Source of the DNA: Hyalangium minutum | GTDB lineage: Bacteria; Myxococcota; Myxococcia; Myxococcales; Myxococcaceae | Length of the DNA: 62,000 nucleotides | Assembly (NCBI RefSeq): GCF_000737315.1 | Contig: NZ_JMCB01000002.1 | Location: 20,001 to 82,000 of the forward strand | Direction of reading: 5' to 3' | Part shown: piece after piece, positions 34,836 through 43,505 of the stretch | How the letters are laid out: every line of letters starts with the position of its first letter | Numbering within the stretch: position 1 is the stretch's first letter | Notes under the pieces: model-generated | What the model was told of the DNA's origin: nothing | Databases searched by the model: none | Seen by the model: only the letters and a program-made list of their open reading frames with translations | Program-made: the position numbers and the translations under genes

Positions 34836-35823
34836 GTGAAGATCGTGCGCATCTCTGGCCGACTACAGAATTACTGCAAGAAGATTTCGAACTCCGCAGG
34901 AGTCACTGTCTTGTGGAATCCAACAAACTATATGGGCGTGTTTGGTGGATTATTTAGTTCCGCTAGTCTGGATGTTTTGCGAATGCGCTCTGCTTCTTCG
35001 AAATACTTGCTGAGTTGCGTGACCTCGTCTGGGCCGAACGCCTCAGGACGGTCCATTATCCTCCGTCGAAGATCAAAGAACTCGGATTCGGCTGTTCGGT
35101 ATGCTCTGTAATTTTCTTCGGCCCGGAAAGCTTTGCTGATTCCGAGTAAGAGTCCGCTGGTTAAAGTTAAGATTGTCATGAATGCTTTCGCCCAAAGATT
35201 TGCTGGATCGTATTCTTGTACCAAGGCTGCAACTAGGATCGAGGCGCTCACGCTCCAGGTGACCGAATAAACATGAAGTCTCTCGAACAAAGCCGCTTTG
35301 CTTTTCCAAAACACTAGAGTGCCCATGAACCGATCGTAGTGCTGCTGAAGGCGCTCTCGGGAAGGCTCTTTGAAATGAACTGCTTTCTCGAAGCCGGAAC
35401 CACCGGGATGCAATTGTACGCGGCGAAAGAGGCTAATGAAGAGGTGAAGAAATGTACCAGCGGCGCATGCTGCCAGGACAGTCGTTGCGATTTGCCAGAG
35501 GTCCACCAACATTCAACAGCCTCTCCGAAGAAGTATTGTTAGAGAGTGTATCGAAACTGAGGATTCGAAGGGCAAGTCCACTAGGTGCGTGTCGGAGTAC
35601 CGCCAAAATTCGGCTCCTACATACGATCTGTAGCGGTGCGTGTAGATCGCACCACTCATGATGTAGTGGGTCGTCGAGGTTCTCCGACAGGCTCCTAGCG
35701 GGTCTTGTTGCATAGAAAATCACTTTGGGCTTCGTTGCGCTCAAACTTGAGGGTTCCTAATTCGTGCAAGTTGGGTGTGGATTCCATCCTGCGAATGATG
35801 GGACTACTTGCAAGTAGAGCCAC
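34836..35823. other. Low-GC horizontally acquired segment
   Basis: Two 60-nt lines counted by hand gave 55% and 35% GC, against the much more GC-rich flanks. No integrase or transposase present. Confidence 0.8.
34928..35512 (-). CDS. SLATT/DUF4231-like membrane protein, low GC
   Basis: Three hydrophobic segments; the last two are followed by FRAEENYRAYRTAESEF, matching the DUF4231 pattern. AT-rich codons unlike the host. Confidence 0.7.
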   Translation of the reverse strand: MLVDLWQIATTVLAACAAGTFLHLFISLFRRVQLHPGGSGFEKAVHFKEPSRERLQQHYDRFMGTLVFWKSKAALFERLHVYSVTWSVSASILVAALVQEYDPANLWAKAFMTILTLTSGLLLGISKAFRAEENYRAYRTAESEFFDLRRRIMDRPEAFGPDEVTQLSKYFEEAERIRKTSRLAELNNPPNTPI

Positions 35824-36216
35824 TCAGGGAAACCAAAACGTGCTCTCCTCGAGCGGATCCACGAAGACGATTCGCCCCGCTCGCAGCGTCACGGGGAGTT
35901 GCCGCGCCGCAGAGGACTGGGTGCCTCGCAGCAGCCGATCATAGGCCAGCCAGAGCCCCACCACGCCATGCCGGCTGACCGCCTCTCGCGCGTAGGCTGA
36001 GCAGGTGGGCCAGTGCGAGCAACGCGGACCATCGATGGGCGTCACGACGGTTCGGTAGAAGAGATAGGCCACCTGGAGGAAGTCCCCGGCGGGCGGCTCG
36101 TGCCGCACGGGAGCGGCACGAACCACTTCACGAGTGACGGGGTGGCGGGCACTCCCGAACGGCGGCGGAGAGACCGTCAGGGTCCAGGTGGTGGCTGCGG
36201 CGAGGACGAAGCGCAT
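35824..36216 (-). CDS. yidD: Membrane protein insertion efficiency factor YidD-like
   Basis: YLFYRTVVTPIDGPRCSHWPTCSAYAREAVSRHG...YDRLLR matches the YidD/haemolytic domain; extra N-terminal extension. Confidence 0.8.
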   Translation of the reverse strand: MRFVLAAATTWTLTVSPPPFGSARHPVTREVVRAAPVRHEPPAGDFLQVAYLFYRTVVTPIDGPRCSHWPTCSAYAREAVSRHGVVGLWLAYDRLLRGTQSSAARQLPVTLRAGRIVFVDPLEESTFWFP

Positions 36217-36221
36217 GGAAC

Positions 36222-37910
36222 TCAGGGCGCAGCGTTATAGACCGCGTCTCCACCCACCACGGTCATCCGCACCTGGGCCGTGAGCAGGTCCGATGGCTGC
36301 GCGTCCACCGGATCCACCGAGAGCGCCACGAAGTCCGCATCCATCCCCGGCTTCAGCCGCCCACGCAGGTCCTCCGCGAAGGACGCATAGGCGTTGCCCA
36401 CCGTGAAGCCCTCGAGCGCCTCTTCGCCGCTGAGGCGCTGGTCCGGGAGCCAGCCGCCCGGAGGTTGGCCCGCCGCGTCCTGCCGCGTGCGCGCCGCATA
36501 CAGCCCCGCGAGCATGTCCGGACGCTCCACCGGGAAGTCGCTGCCCAGCGCCAGAGTCGCCCCCGCCGCCTTGAGCCGCTGCCACGCATAGGCCCCGCGA
36601 ATGCGCTCGGGCCCCACGCGCGTCTCCGCCCACGGCATGTCGCTGGTGGCGTGCGTGGGCTGCACGCTCGCAATGAACCCGTTTGCCCCCAGCTTCGTGA
36701 TGTCCTCCAGCCGCATCACCTGCGCGTGCTCCACGCGGTGGCGCCCCTTGCGAACGCCCTCGGGGCCCGCCACGCGCAGCAGCGTGTCGACGACGAGGGT
36801 GTTGGCCCGGTCCCCGATCGCGTGCGTGGCCACCTGGAAGCCCCGGCCGATGAACGCCCGCACCCGAGCTTCATACTCCTCGGGGCTGAGCAGAAGCAGG
36901 CCGCTCTGGCTGGGCTCATCGCTGTACGGCTTGTGGAGCGCCGCGCCCCGGCTGCCCAATGCCCCGTCCACCATCAGCTTCACCGCCCGCATCGTCAGCC
37001 GGTTGCCCTGGAACGGCCCCATCTCCAGGAACTTCTCCCAGTCGGGCCCCATCCCCGCTGCCATCGCGTAGACGCGCAGCGGGAGGCGGTTCTCGGCGTC
37101 CCAGCGCTTGAGCAGGTTGAAGGTCCGCAGGTCCATGCCCGCGTCATGCACGCCCGTCATTCCATGGCGCGCGCACACGGACAGCGCCGCCGTGAGCTGG
37201 GCCTCGAACTGCTCGTCCGTGGGTGGAGGCATGACGGCATCGATGAGGTTCATCGCGTTGTCCACGAGGATGCCGGTGGGCTCGCCATCCGGGCCTCGGA
37301 CGATGCGCCCGCCCTGCGGATCCTTCGTGTCCCGGGTGATGTGCGCGCGCCGCAGGGCCTCTCCGTTGACCCAGAGGGCATGGCCGTCGATGCGTGACAA
37401 GGCAATGGGCGTGGTGGGCCAGCCCGCATCCAGCTCCGTTCGCGTAGGGAACGTCTTCTCCGGCCAGTCGTTCTGGTCCCACCCTTGTCCGATGAGCCAG
37501 TCTCCCTGGTACGCGGCGCGGGTTGCGGCCTTCAGGCGATCGATGACCTGCTGCCGCGAGTCTGCCCCCACCAACGCCACGGCGGAGAGCGCACGGCCCA
37601 GCCCCTCCAGGTGTCCATGGGCGTCGGTGAGACCCGGCACCACCGTCGCCGCCCCGAGATCCACCACGCGCGCGTCATGGCCCGCCGCGGCGTGCACCTC
37701 TTCGCGGGAGCCCACCGCCAGCACCTTGCCATCTCGCACGGCGAGGGCCTCGGCCAGCGGGCGCGCCGGATCGAGCGTCCGGATCCGATGGGCGACGTAC
37801 ACGGTGGTGGTGGAAGAGGGAGGAGGCTGCACCTCCGGGCCGCGCCGGGGACAGCCGGCCACGCACACCAGGAGGAGCACTGCCGCGGAGGCATATCGAA
37901 CACGTTGCAT
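36222..37910 (-). CDS. Metal-dependent amidohydrolase (YtcJ/amidohydrolase_3 type), lipoprotein
   Basis: Lipobox VAGC; VVPGLTDAHGH, HAIGDRA, HRVEHAQ, SVQPTH and GSDFPV motifs. Confidence 0.92.
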   Translation of the reverse strand: MQRVRYASAAVLLLVCVAGCPRRGPEVQPPPSSTTTVYVAHRIRTLDPARPLAEALAVRDGKVLAVGSREEVHAAAGHDARVVDLGAATVVPGLTDAHGHLEGLGRALSAVALVGADSRQQVIDRLKAATRAAYQGDWLIGQGWDQNDWPEKTFPTRTELDAGWPTTPIALSRIDGHALWVNGEALRRAHITRDTKDPQGGRIVRGPDGEPTGILVDNAMNLIDAVMPPPTDEQFEAQLTAALSVCARHGMTGVHDAGMDLRTFNLLKRWDAENRLPLRVYAMAAGMGPDWEKFLEMGPFQGNRLTMRAVKLMVDGALGSRGAALHKPYSDEPSQSGLLLLSPEEYEARVRAFIGRGFQVATHAIGDRANTLVVDTLLRVAGPEGVRKGRHRVEHAQVMRLEDITKLGANGFIASVQPTHATSDMPWAETRVGPERIRGAYAWQRLKAAGATLALGSDFPVERPDMLAGLYAARTRQDAAGQPPGGWLPDQRLSGEEALEGFTVGNAYASFAEDLRGRLKPGMDADFVALSVDPVDAQPSDLLTAQVRMTVVGGDAVYNAAP

Positions 37911-38005
37911 CGGGACACCTGCCAGGGGGCCGCCCCGGACGCCGGGGCGAGGGCGCGGCACTCTGGCGCACCCGCGCGTGGCTGGCTACGGCGTTGGTGC
38001 CCCTG

Positions 38006-38779
38006 TCACGGGTGGTCCGGGTGGAGCCGGTGCCGCCACGTGGTGCGCTGCGCGGTGAAGGCGCGATTCTCGAACAGCTTGATGAGCGCTGCCCCCGCCA
38101 CGAAGCCACCGATGTGCGCCCACACCGCGACACCGCCCGAGGCATCCGAACGGATGGACGAGAGCTGCGGCAGGCCGGTGATGAGCTGGAGGACGAACCA
38201 GTAGATGAGCACCACCCAGGCGGGCACGGGGATGATGCGGATGAAGATGATGATGAAGATGAGCAGGTTCACCCGCACGCGCGGGTAGAGCACCAGGTAC
38301 GCCCCCAGAATGCCCGAGATGGCCCCCGAGGCCCCCACCGTGGGCACCGGCGACGCCGGTTCAATCATCACGTGCGCGCCCGCCGCGATGAGCCCACACA
38401 AGAGGTAGAAGACGAGGAAGCGAAACCGCCCCATGCTGTCCTCGATGTTGTTGCCGAAGACCCAGAAGAACAGGCAGTTGCCGAGGAGGTGGCCCCAGCC
38501 TCCGTGGAGGAACATGGAGGTGATCGGGGTGAAGAGGTTGATGGGCTCGTTGTCGATGACACAGGCGGCGGTGCGGCTCATCGGCACCGCGAGCCCCAGT
38601 GGTGCCCGGCCCGTCAGCTCGCCGGGCACCATGCCCCAGTTGCACACGCTCACGGCCAGCGCTTCGCTGTGCAGCCCCGCTCCCTGGAAGAAGAGCCACA
38701 CGAAGACGATGATCCCCAGCAGCAGGTACGTCATCACCGGGGTGCGCAGGGTTGGGTTGTCGTCACTGATAGGAAACAT
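38006..38779 (-). CDS. Rhomboid intramembrane serine protease
   Basis: SMFLHGGWGHLLGNCLF, VGASGAISG and VWAHIGGF catalytic motifs. Confidence 0.94.
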   Translation of the reverse strand: MFPISDDNPTLRTPVMTYLLLGIIVFVWLFFQGAGLHSEALAVSVCNWGMVPGELTGRAPLGLAVPMSRTAACVIDNEPINLFTPITSMFLHGGWGHLLGNCLFFWVFGNNIEDSMGRFRFLVFYLLCGLIAAGAHVMIEPASPVPTVGASGAISGILGAYLVLYPRVRVNLLIFIIIFIRIIPVPAWVVLIYWFVLQLITGLPQLSSIRSDASGGVAVWAHIGGFVAGAALIKLFENRAFTAQRTTWRHRLHPDHP

Positions 38780-38906
38780 AGCGGGGCCCCATCATGGGCA
38801 CGGGGGCCCCCCGGCGTCAGGCATTCGCACCTTCCCTGTAAAGCGCATGACGTCCGGGCTCTCCGGCCGTTCCGAGCCGTCCCAGGCCGGTTAACTTCTT
38901 GGGACC

Positions 38907-39812
38907 ATGGTTCCACTCGCGACCCTGTCCCTGTCCCTGCCGTCCCTGCGCATGAAGGCGCTCGAGGCGGGCCCTGCCCATGGGCCGCTCGTCCTGCTCC
39001 TGCACGGCTTCCCAGAGCTGTCCGAGAGTTGGCGCGAGGTGCTCCCGGTGCTCGGGGCCGCGGGCTTCCACGCCGTGGCCCCGGACCTGCGCGGCTATGG
39101 CGGCACGGATCGGCCCAAGCATGGATATGACTTGGACACGCTCGCTGCGGACATCTACCAGCTCGCCCGGCACCTGCAGCCCGGCCGGCCCGTGCATGTG
39201 GTGGGGCATGACTGGGGCGGTGCCATCGCCTACCACCTCGCCGCCCGGCACCCGGAGGTGGTGGACCGGCTCGTCGTCATCAACTGTCCCCACCCGGTGG
39301 TGATGGCCCGGCGCATCTGGAACCCAGCCCAGCTCGCGCGCTCCTGGTACATGTTCTTCTTCCAACTGCCCTGGCTGCCCGAGAAGAAGCTCTCCCAGAA
39401 CCATGGCGCCGCCGTGCCGCGCTCCATCCGCCGGGCCCTGGTGGACAGTTCACGCGTTCCGCCCGAGCGCCTGCAGCCCTACGCGGACAACTTCGCCAGT
39501 CCCGAGGCCGCCCGCGCGGCGCTCGCTTACTACCGCACGGCCATTCGCAGTCTGCTGACGCCCTGGGGCCTGCGCCGCATGCGGGAGGGTTACCCGCGCA
39601 TCCGCGCGCCCTTCCTGCTCATCTGGGGCGAGGAGGACGTGGCCCTCGGCCGCGAGCTCACCTACGATTTGGAGCCCTGGTTCGAGCACCCGCCGCAGGT
39701 GCGCTATCTGCCGAACGTGGGGCACTTCGTCCCATTGGAGGCCCCGGAGCAGGTGGCCTCGCTGCTGACGGAGTTCCTCGGAGTCGAGGCGCCCCGGGCG
39801 CAGGCCCATTGA
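38907..39812 (+). CDS. Alpha/beta hydrolase (epoxide hydrolase-like)
   Basis: LLHGFPE, APDLRGYG, VGHDWGG (Asp nucleophile), WGEED and GHFV. Confidence 0.92.
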   Translation: MVPLATLSLSLPSLRMKALEAGPAHGPLVLLLHGFPELSESWREVLPVLGAAGFHAVAPDLRGYGGTDRPKHGYDLDTLAADIYQLARHLQPGRPVHVVGHDWGGAIAYHLAARHPEVVDRLVVINCPHPVVMARRIWNPAQLARSWYMFFFQLPWLPEKKLSQNHGAAVPRSIRRALVDSSRVPPERLQPYADNFASPEAARAALAYYRTAIRSLLTPWGLRRMREGYPRIRAPFLLIWGEEDVALGRELTYDLEPWFEHPPQVRYLPNVGHFVPLEAPEQVASLLTEFLGVEAPRAQAH

Positions 39813-39891
39813 CAATCCATACATCGTGCCTCTTGGCTCGGACGGGGGCCCGTGCTTTGAACGAGGCTCCTCTCACCGCTGGAGCCGAACC

Positions 39892-40404
39892 ATGACGCTG
39901 TCGAAGTCCCCGCTGGGTTCCACCGCGCTGTTGCTGGTGGCCGCTCTCGCCCTCTCCACTGGCTGTGCCGCCAATCGCCGGGAGACCTATCTCCAGGAGA
40001 AGGCTGGTACCCACGTCTACCGCCAGCCCCTCGCCGAGGTGTGGCCCAAGGCCAAGGAGCTCCTCACCGAGGAGGGCTATTCTGTCATGGAGGCCAAGGG
40101 CGGCTTCGAGATGCAGACGGACTGGACGATGCAGGGCGCTCCCTCCTCGCTGGGCACCGCCTACGCGCGCTACCTCGTGCGCGGCATCGAGAAGGGCCCG
40201 GGCCAGTCCACGGTGGAGTTCCTCAGGCAGAACCGCGTCGAGTCCCAGGGCGCCCACGACACCAACACGGGCGCTGCCTCGGCCGCTGCGGCGGACTCCA
40301 GCTCGCTCACCCGCGACTATGCGCTGGAGTGGAAGCTGCTCCAGAAGGTGGATCCGGAGACCGCCAAGGCCTGGGAGGCCGAGGCCGCTCAGAAGGTGCA
40401 GTAG
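39892..40404 (+). CDS. Lipoprotein, unknown function
   Basis: LLLVAALALSTGC lipobox; host-like codons. Confidence 0.8.
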   Translation: MTLSKSPLGSTALLLVAALALSTGCAANRRETYLQEKAGTHVYRQPLAEVWPKAKELLTEEGYSVMEAKGGFEMQTDWTMQGAPSSLGTAYARYLVRGIEKGPGQSTVEFLRQNRVESQGAHDTNTGAASAAAADSSSLTRDYALEWKLLQKVDPETAKAWEAEAAQKVQ

Positions 40405-40410
40405 CCCCGC

Positions 40411-41334
40411 TCAGTCCCGCAGAGGGACTTCCACGGTGAGCCCGTCGTGGGCCACCTCCACCGGCCCCTTGAACTCCTCGCGCGCCTGCACGAGCAGCTT
40501 CGAGGGGTCGGTGTCGTGCCGGCTGGACAGGTGCGTGAGGATGAGGCGCCGCACACCTGCCTCGTGCGCCACCCGCGCCGCCTCGCGCGCCGTGGAGTGC
40601 CGCGTCTCCAGCGCCCGCTCCTGCTCGTCATCGCTGAAGGTGGACTCGTGGATGAGCAGGTCCGCGTCCTTCGCCGCTCGCGTCAGCGAGGCGCACGGCC
40701 GCGTGTCGCCGGAGATGACCAGCCGCCTCCCGCTGCGCGGTGCTCCCAGCACGTCCTCGGGCCGCACCGTGGTGCCGTCCGGCAGCGTCACGCTCTCGCC
40801 CTTCTGCAGCCGGCCGAAGTCCGGGCCCGGCGGCACCCCGAGCGCCTTCGCCTTCTCCAGATGGAAGCGCCCGGGCCGGTCATCCTCCGCCAGCACGTAC
40901 CCCAGCGCGTTGATGCGGTGGTCCACGCCCACCGCGTGCACCGTGTAGCCCTCGCGGCGCACGCTGTCCCCGTCCTTCAGCTCGTGAATCTCCACCGGGA
41001 AGGCCAGCTGCTCCACGCCCAGGTGCACCGCCTGGTGCAGCACGCGCTTGGCGGTGGGCGGGCCGTACAGGCGCACGGGCTGGGCGCGCCCCATCATCCC
41101 CAGCGTCCGCAGGAAGCCGATGATTCCCAGGTAGTGGTCCGCGTGGAAGTGCGTGAAGAAGACGGCGTCCACGGTGAAGCCAGTGCCGTAGCGCACCATC
41201 TGCCGCTGGCTGCCCTCGCCACAATCGAAGAGCAGCAGGTCCGCATCCGCCTTCACCGCCAGCCCGGAGAGGTTCCGGTGCAGCGTGGGCTGCGCGGCGG
41301 AGGTGCCAAGGAAGGTGAGCCTCAGAAGAGTCAT
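40411..41334 (-). CDS. rnz: Ribonuclease Z
   Basis: LTFLGTSAAQPT, FDCGEGSQRQ, HFHADH, SGDTRPC, LIHESTF, HSTA and THLSSR. Confidence 0.95.
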   Translation of the reverse strand: MTLLRLTFLGTSAAQPTLHRNLSGLAVKADADLLLFDCGEGSQRQMVRYGTGFTVDAVFFTHFHADHYLGIIGFLRTLGMMGRAQPVRLYGPPTAKRVLHQAVHLGVEQLAFPVEIHELKDGDSVRREGYTVHAVGVDHRINALGYVLAEDDRPGRFHLEKAKALGVPPGPDFGRLQKGESVTLPDGTTVRPEDVLGAPRSGRRLVISGDTRPCASLTRAAKDADLLIHESTFSDDEQERALETRHSTAREAARVAHEAGVRRLILTHLSSRHDTDPSKLLVQAREEFKGPVEVAHDGLTVEVPLRD

Positions 41335-41473
41335 GCCGGCGCTTCCCACGAAAGAGAGGTCCTCCCGCGTCAACGGCCCTTCCTCCAGGGAGCGGAGGGG
41401 ACGCGAGGCCGCACGCGTGCGGGCCATTTAGCAGGCTTGGCCGGGCCCGTGGTATGGACCGCGCCCCTGTCCC

Positions 41474-42163
41474 ATGCCTGATTCTCTCACGGTTGCCCCT
41501 ACCTCGGACCCGCGCCGCGTGCGCGCCCCTGACGGAACCCTCCTCTCCCCGCCCTCCGGCTGGGCCTTGCTGCCTCCCGGAGACGCCGGGCTCACGCGGC
41601 GGGTGAAGGCCGCCGGCCCGAGCTGGACGGTGGTGGAGAAGAAGGGCCGCAAGACGTTCTCCCAGGGCATCTGGGCCCCCGAGGCCCACATCTCCGCCGC
41701 CCGCGCCGCGCTCGAGGCCGAGCGTGCCACCCCCGCCTACGCCAAGCGCCGCGCCTCGGATGCCGCCCGCCGCGAGCGCGAGCAGGCCGAGTACGAGGTG
41801 GACTTCGCCAACTCCGTGCTGCGCTTCCTCGCCTTCGCGCCCACTTTCACCGCGCACGCCAAGCGGCTGGCCGTCCTGGTGTCGGTCCACGCCACCCCCG
41901 TGGGCAGTGGCACCGTGGCGCGCACCGAGCGCATCCCCATCGAGCGCCGCGCCGAGGCCGCCGTCATCGCCTGGCTGCGCCACCAGACCACCCGCTATGA
42001 CGACATGAGCATCGCCCGGGTGAAGGGCGCCCGCCGCGAGGTGCGCCGCGAGCTGGCCGAGGTGTCTCGTGCCCTGCTCGACGTGCACCGCCGGGATGCG
42101 CCTCACCCCGCCGCGAGCTGCCCCCTGTGCACCGCCATCGAGAACCCTCGCAAGCCGGAGTAG
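41474..42163 (+). CDS. DUF2293-like protein
   Basis: WALLPPGDAGLTRRVK, FSQGIWAP and AVIAWLRHQTTRYD. Confidence 0.75.
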   Translation: MPDSLTVAPTSDPRRVRAPDGTLLSPPSGWALLPPGDAGLTRRVKAAGPSWTVVEKKGRKTFSQGIWAPEAHISAARAALEAERATPAYAKRRASDAARREREQAEYEVDFANSVLRFLAFAPTFTAHAKRLAVLVSVHATPVGSGTVARTERIPIERRAEAAVIAWLRHQTTRYDDMSIARVKGARREVRRELAEVSRALLDVHRRDAPHPAASCPLCTAIENPRKPE

Positions 42164-42353
42164 CAGCTTCAGCGGAAAGGTGTGTCTGACTGGAAACGGG
42201 TTCCTCCGTTGCGGGCGGGCGTGCGTCCAGGGGCCCGCGTGGCCGAGTGCCCTGGCCCGTGGCGAAGGGCGGTGAGATCCGGGACCCCCCACCTTGGCGA
42301 TGCCCTACCTACCAGGGTACGAAGGGGCCGCACTCGCACGCTTTGAGGAAACC

Positions 42354-43463
42354 ATGACGCCCTTCAGGACTCCGTCCGTTGCCCGCGTTCTTGCCGCTGC
42401 CGTGGCCCTGGGCTCGGCCCTCTCGCTGTCCGCATGTGGCAAGGCGGAGGCCGCGGAGCAGGCACCCGCCACGGGCGCCGCGGCGGCTGTCCCGGTGGTG
42501 AAGCTCACCGAGTCCCGCACCGCGCAGGCCACTCCGAGCGAGGAGGTGACGGGCACCCTCTATCCCTCCCAGGCGCTGCAGGTGGGCTTCGAGGTGGGCG
42601 GCCGGCTGGAGACGGTGCTGGTGAAGAAGGGGCAGGCGGTGAAGAAGGGCCAGGTGCTGGCCACGCTCAATGGGGAGATCGCCGACGCCCAGGTGGCGCA
42701 GGCCGAGGCCGCCGTGGCCGCCGCCGAGGCCGGTGCCGCCATCGCCGAGGACGTGGCCACCCGCACCTCGAAGCTTCAGGAGGCGGGCGGCGTGAGCGAG
42801 CTGCAGAACCGCACCTCCACCACCACCGCGCAGCAGGCCAAGGCGCAGGTGCTGGCCGCCAAGGCGCAGCTGTCGCAGGCCCGCGCGGCCCGCCGCCGCC
42901 ACGAGCTCAAGGCTCCCTTCGCCGGTACCCTCATCGACGCGCCCGAGCAGGTGGGCGCCACGGTGGCCCCGGGCGTGCCGCTGTTCACCCTGGAGTCGCT
43001 GGAGACGCTGGTGCTCAAGACGACGGTGGCCCAGCCGGTGCGCGGCGTGCTCAAGCCGGGCAGCAAGGTCCGCGTGGAGGCCGTGGGCGCGGGCACCTCC
43101 ACGGATGCCGCCGCGGTGAGCCTCATCCTCCCCTCCGCGGATCCGGCCACCCGCCGCATCCCCGTGGAGATCACCGTGCCCAACGCGGACGGCCGCTTCG
43201 TGGCCCACACGCTGGCCAAGGCCGTGCTCACCGTGGGCGAGCTGCAGGACGTGCACGTGCTCCCTGTCTCCGCGGTCTCCGCGGCCAACGGGGGGGATCA
43301 TGTCTACGTGGTGTCCTCCGCGGGCGAGGTGCGCCGCGTGGACGTGCAGATCATCGAGCGCCGGGCCCGCGAGGTGGTGGTGAAGGCCGCCTCGCCGCTG
43401 TCCAAGGTGATCGACTACCCCACCGCGGGCCTCCAGGACGGGGCCCGTGTCTCCGTGAAGTAG
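42354..43463 (+). CDS. RND efflux periplasmic adaptor (membrane fusion protein)
   Basis: Lipobox LSAC; GGRLETVLVKKGQAVKKGQVLATL lipoyl half, alpha hairpin, LKAPFAG, DPATR. Confidence 0.93.
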   Translation: MTPFRTPSVARVLAAAVALGSALSLSACGKAEAAEQAPATGAAAAVPVVKLTESRTAQATPSEEVTGTLYPSQALQVGFEVGGRLETVLVKKGQAVKKGQVLATLNGEIADAQVAQAEAAVAAAEAGAAIAEDVATRTSKLQEAGGVSELQNRTSTTTAQQAKAQVLAAKAQLSQARAARRRHELKAPFAGTLIDAPEQVGATVAPGVPLFTLESLETLVLKTTVAQPVRGVLKPGSKVRVEAVGAGTSTDAAAVSLILPSADPATRRIPVEITVPNADGRFVAHTLAKAVLTVGELQDVHVLPVSAVSAANGGDHVYVVSSAGEVRRVDVQIIERRAREVVVKAASPLSKVIDYPTAGLQDGARVSVK

Positions 43464-43505
43464 GCCGCTGCTCTTCCGTTCCCTCGCAGCCTTCGCGAGC
43501 CTCCC

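Noticed and set aside
34139-35544. Integron attC cassette array (TCTAAC / GTTAGAG cores)
   Set aside because: No 57-141-bp imperfect hairpin with paired R and L boxes downstream of either gene, and no integrase. Kept only as a short inverted repeat.
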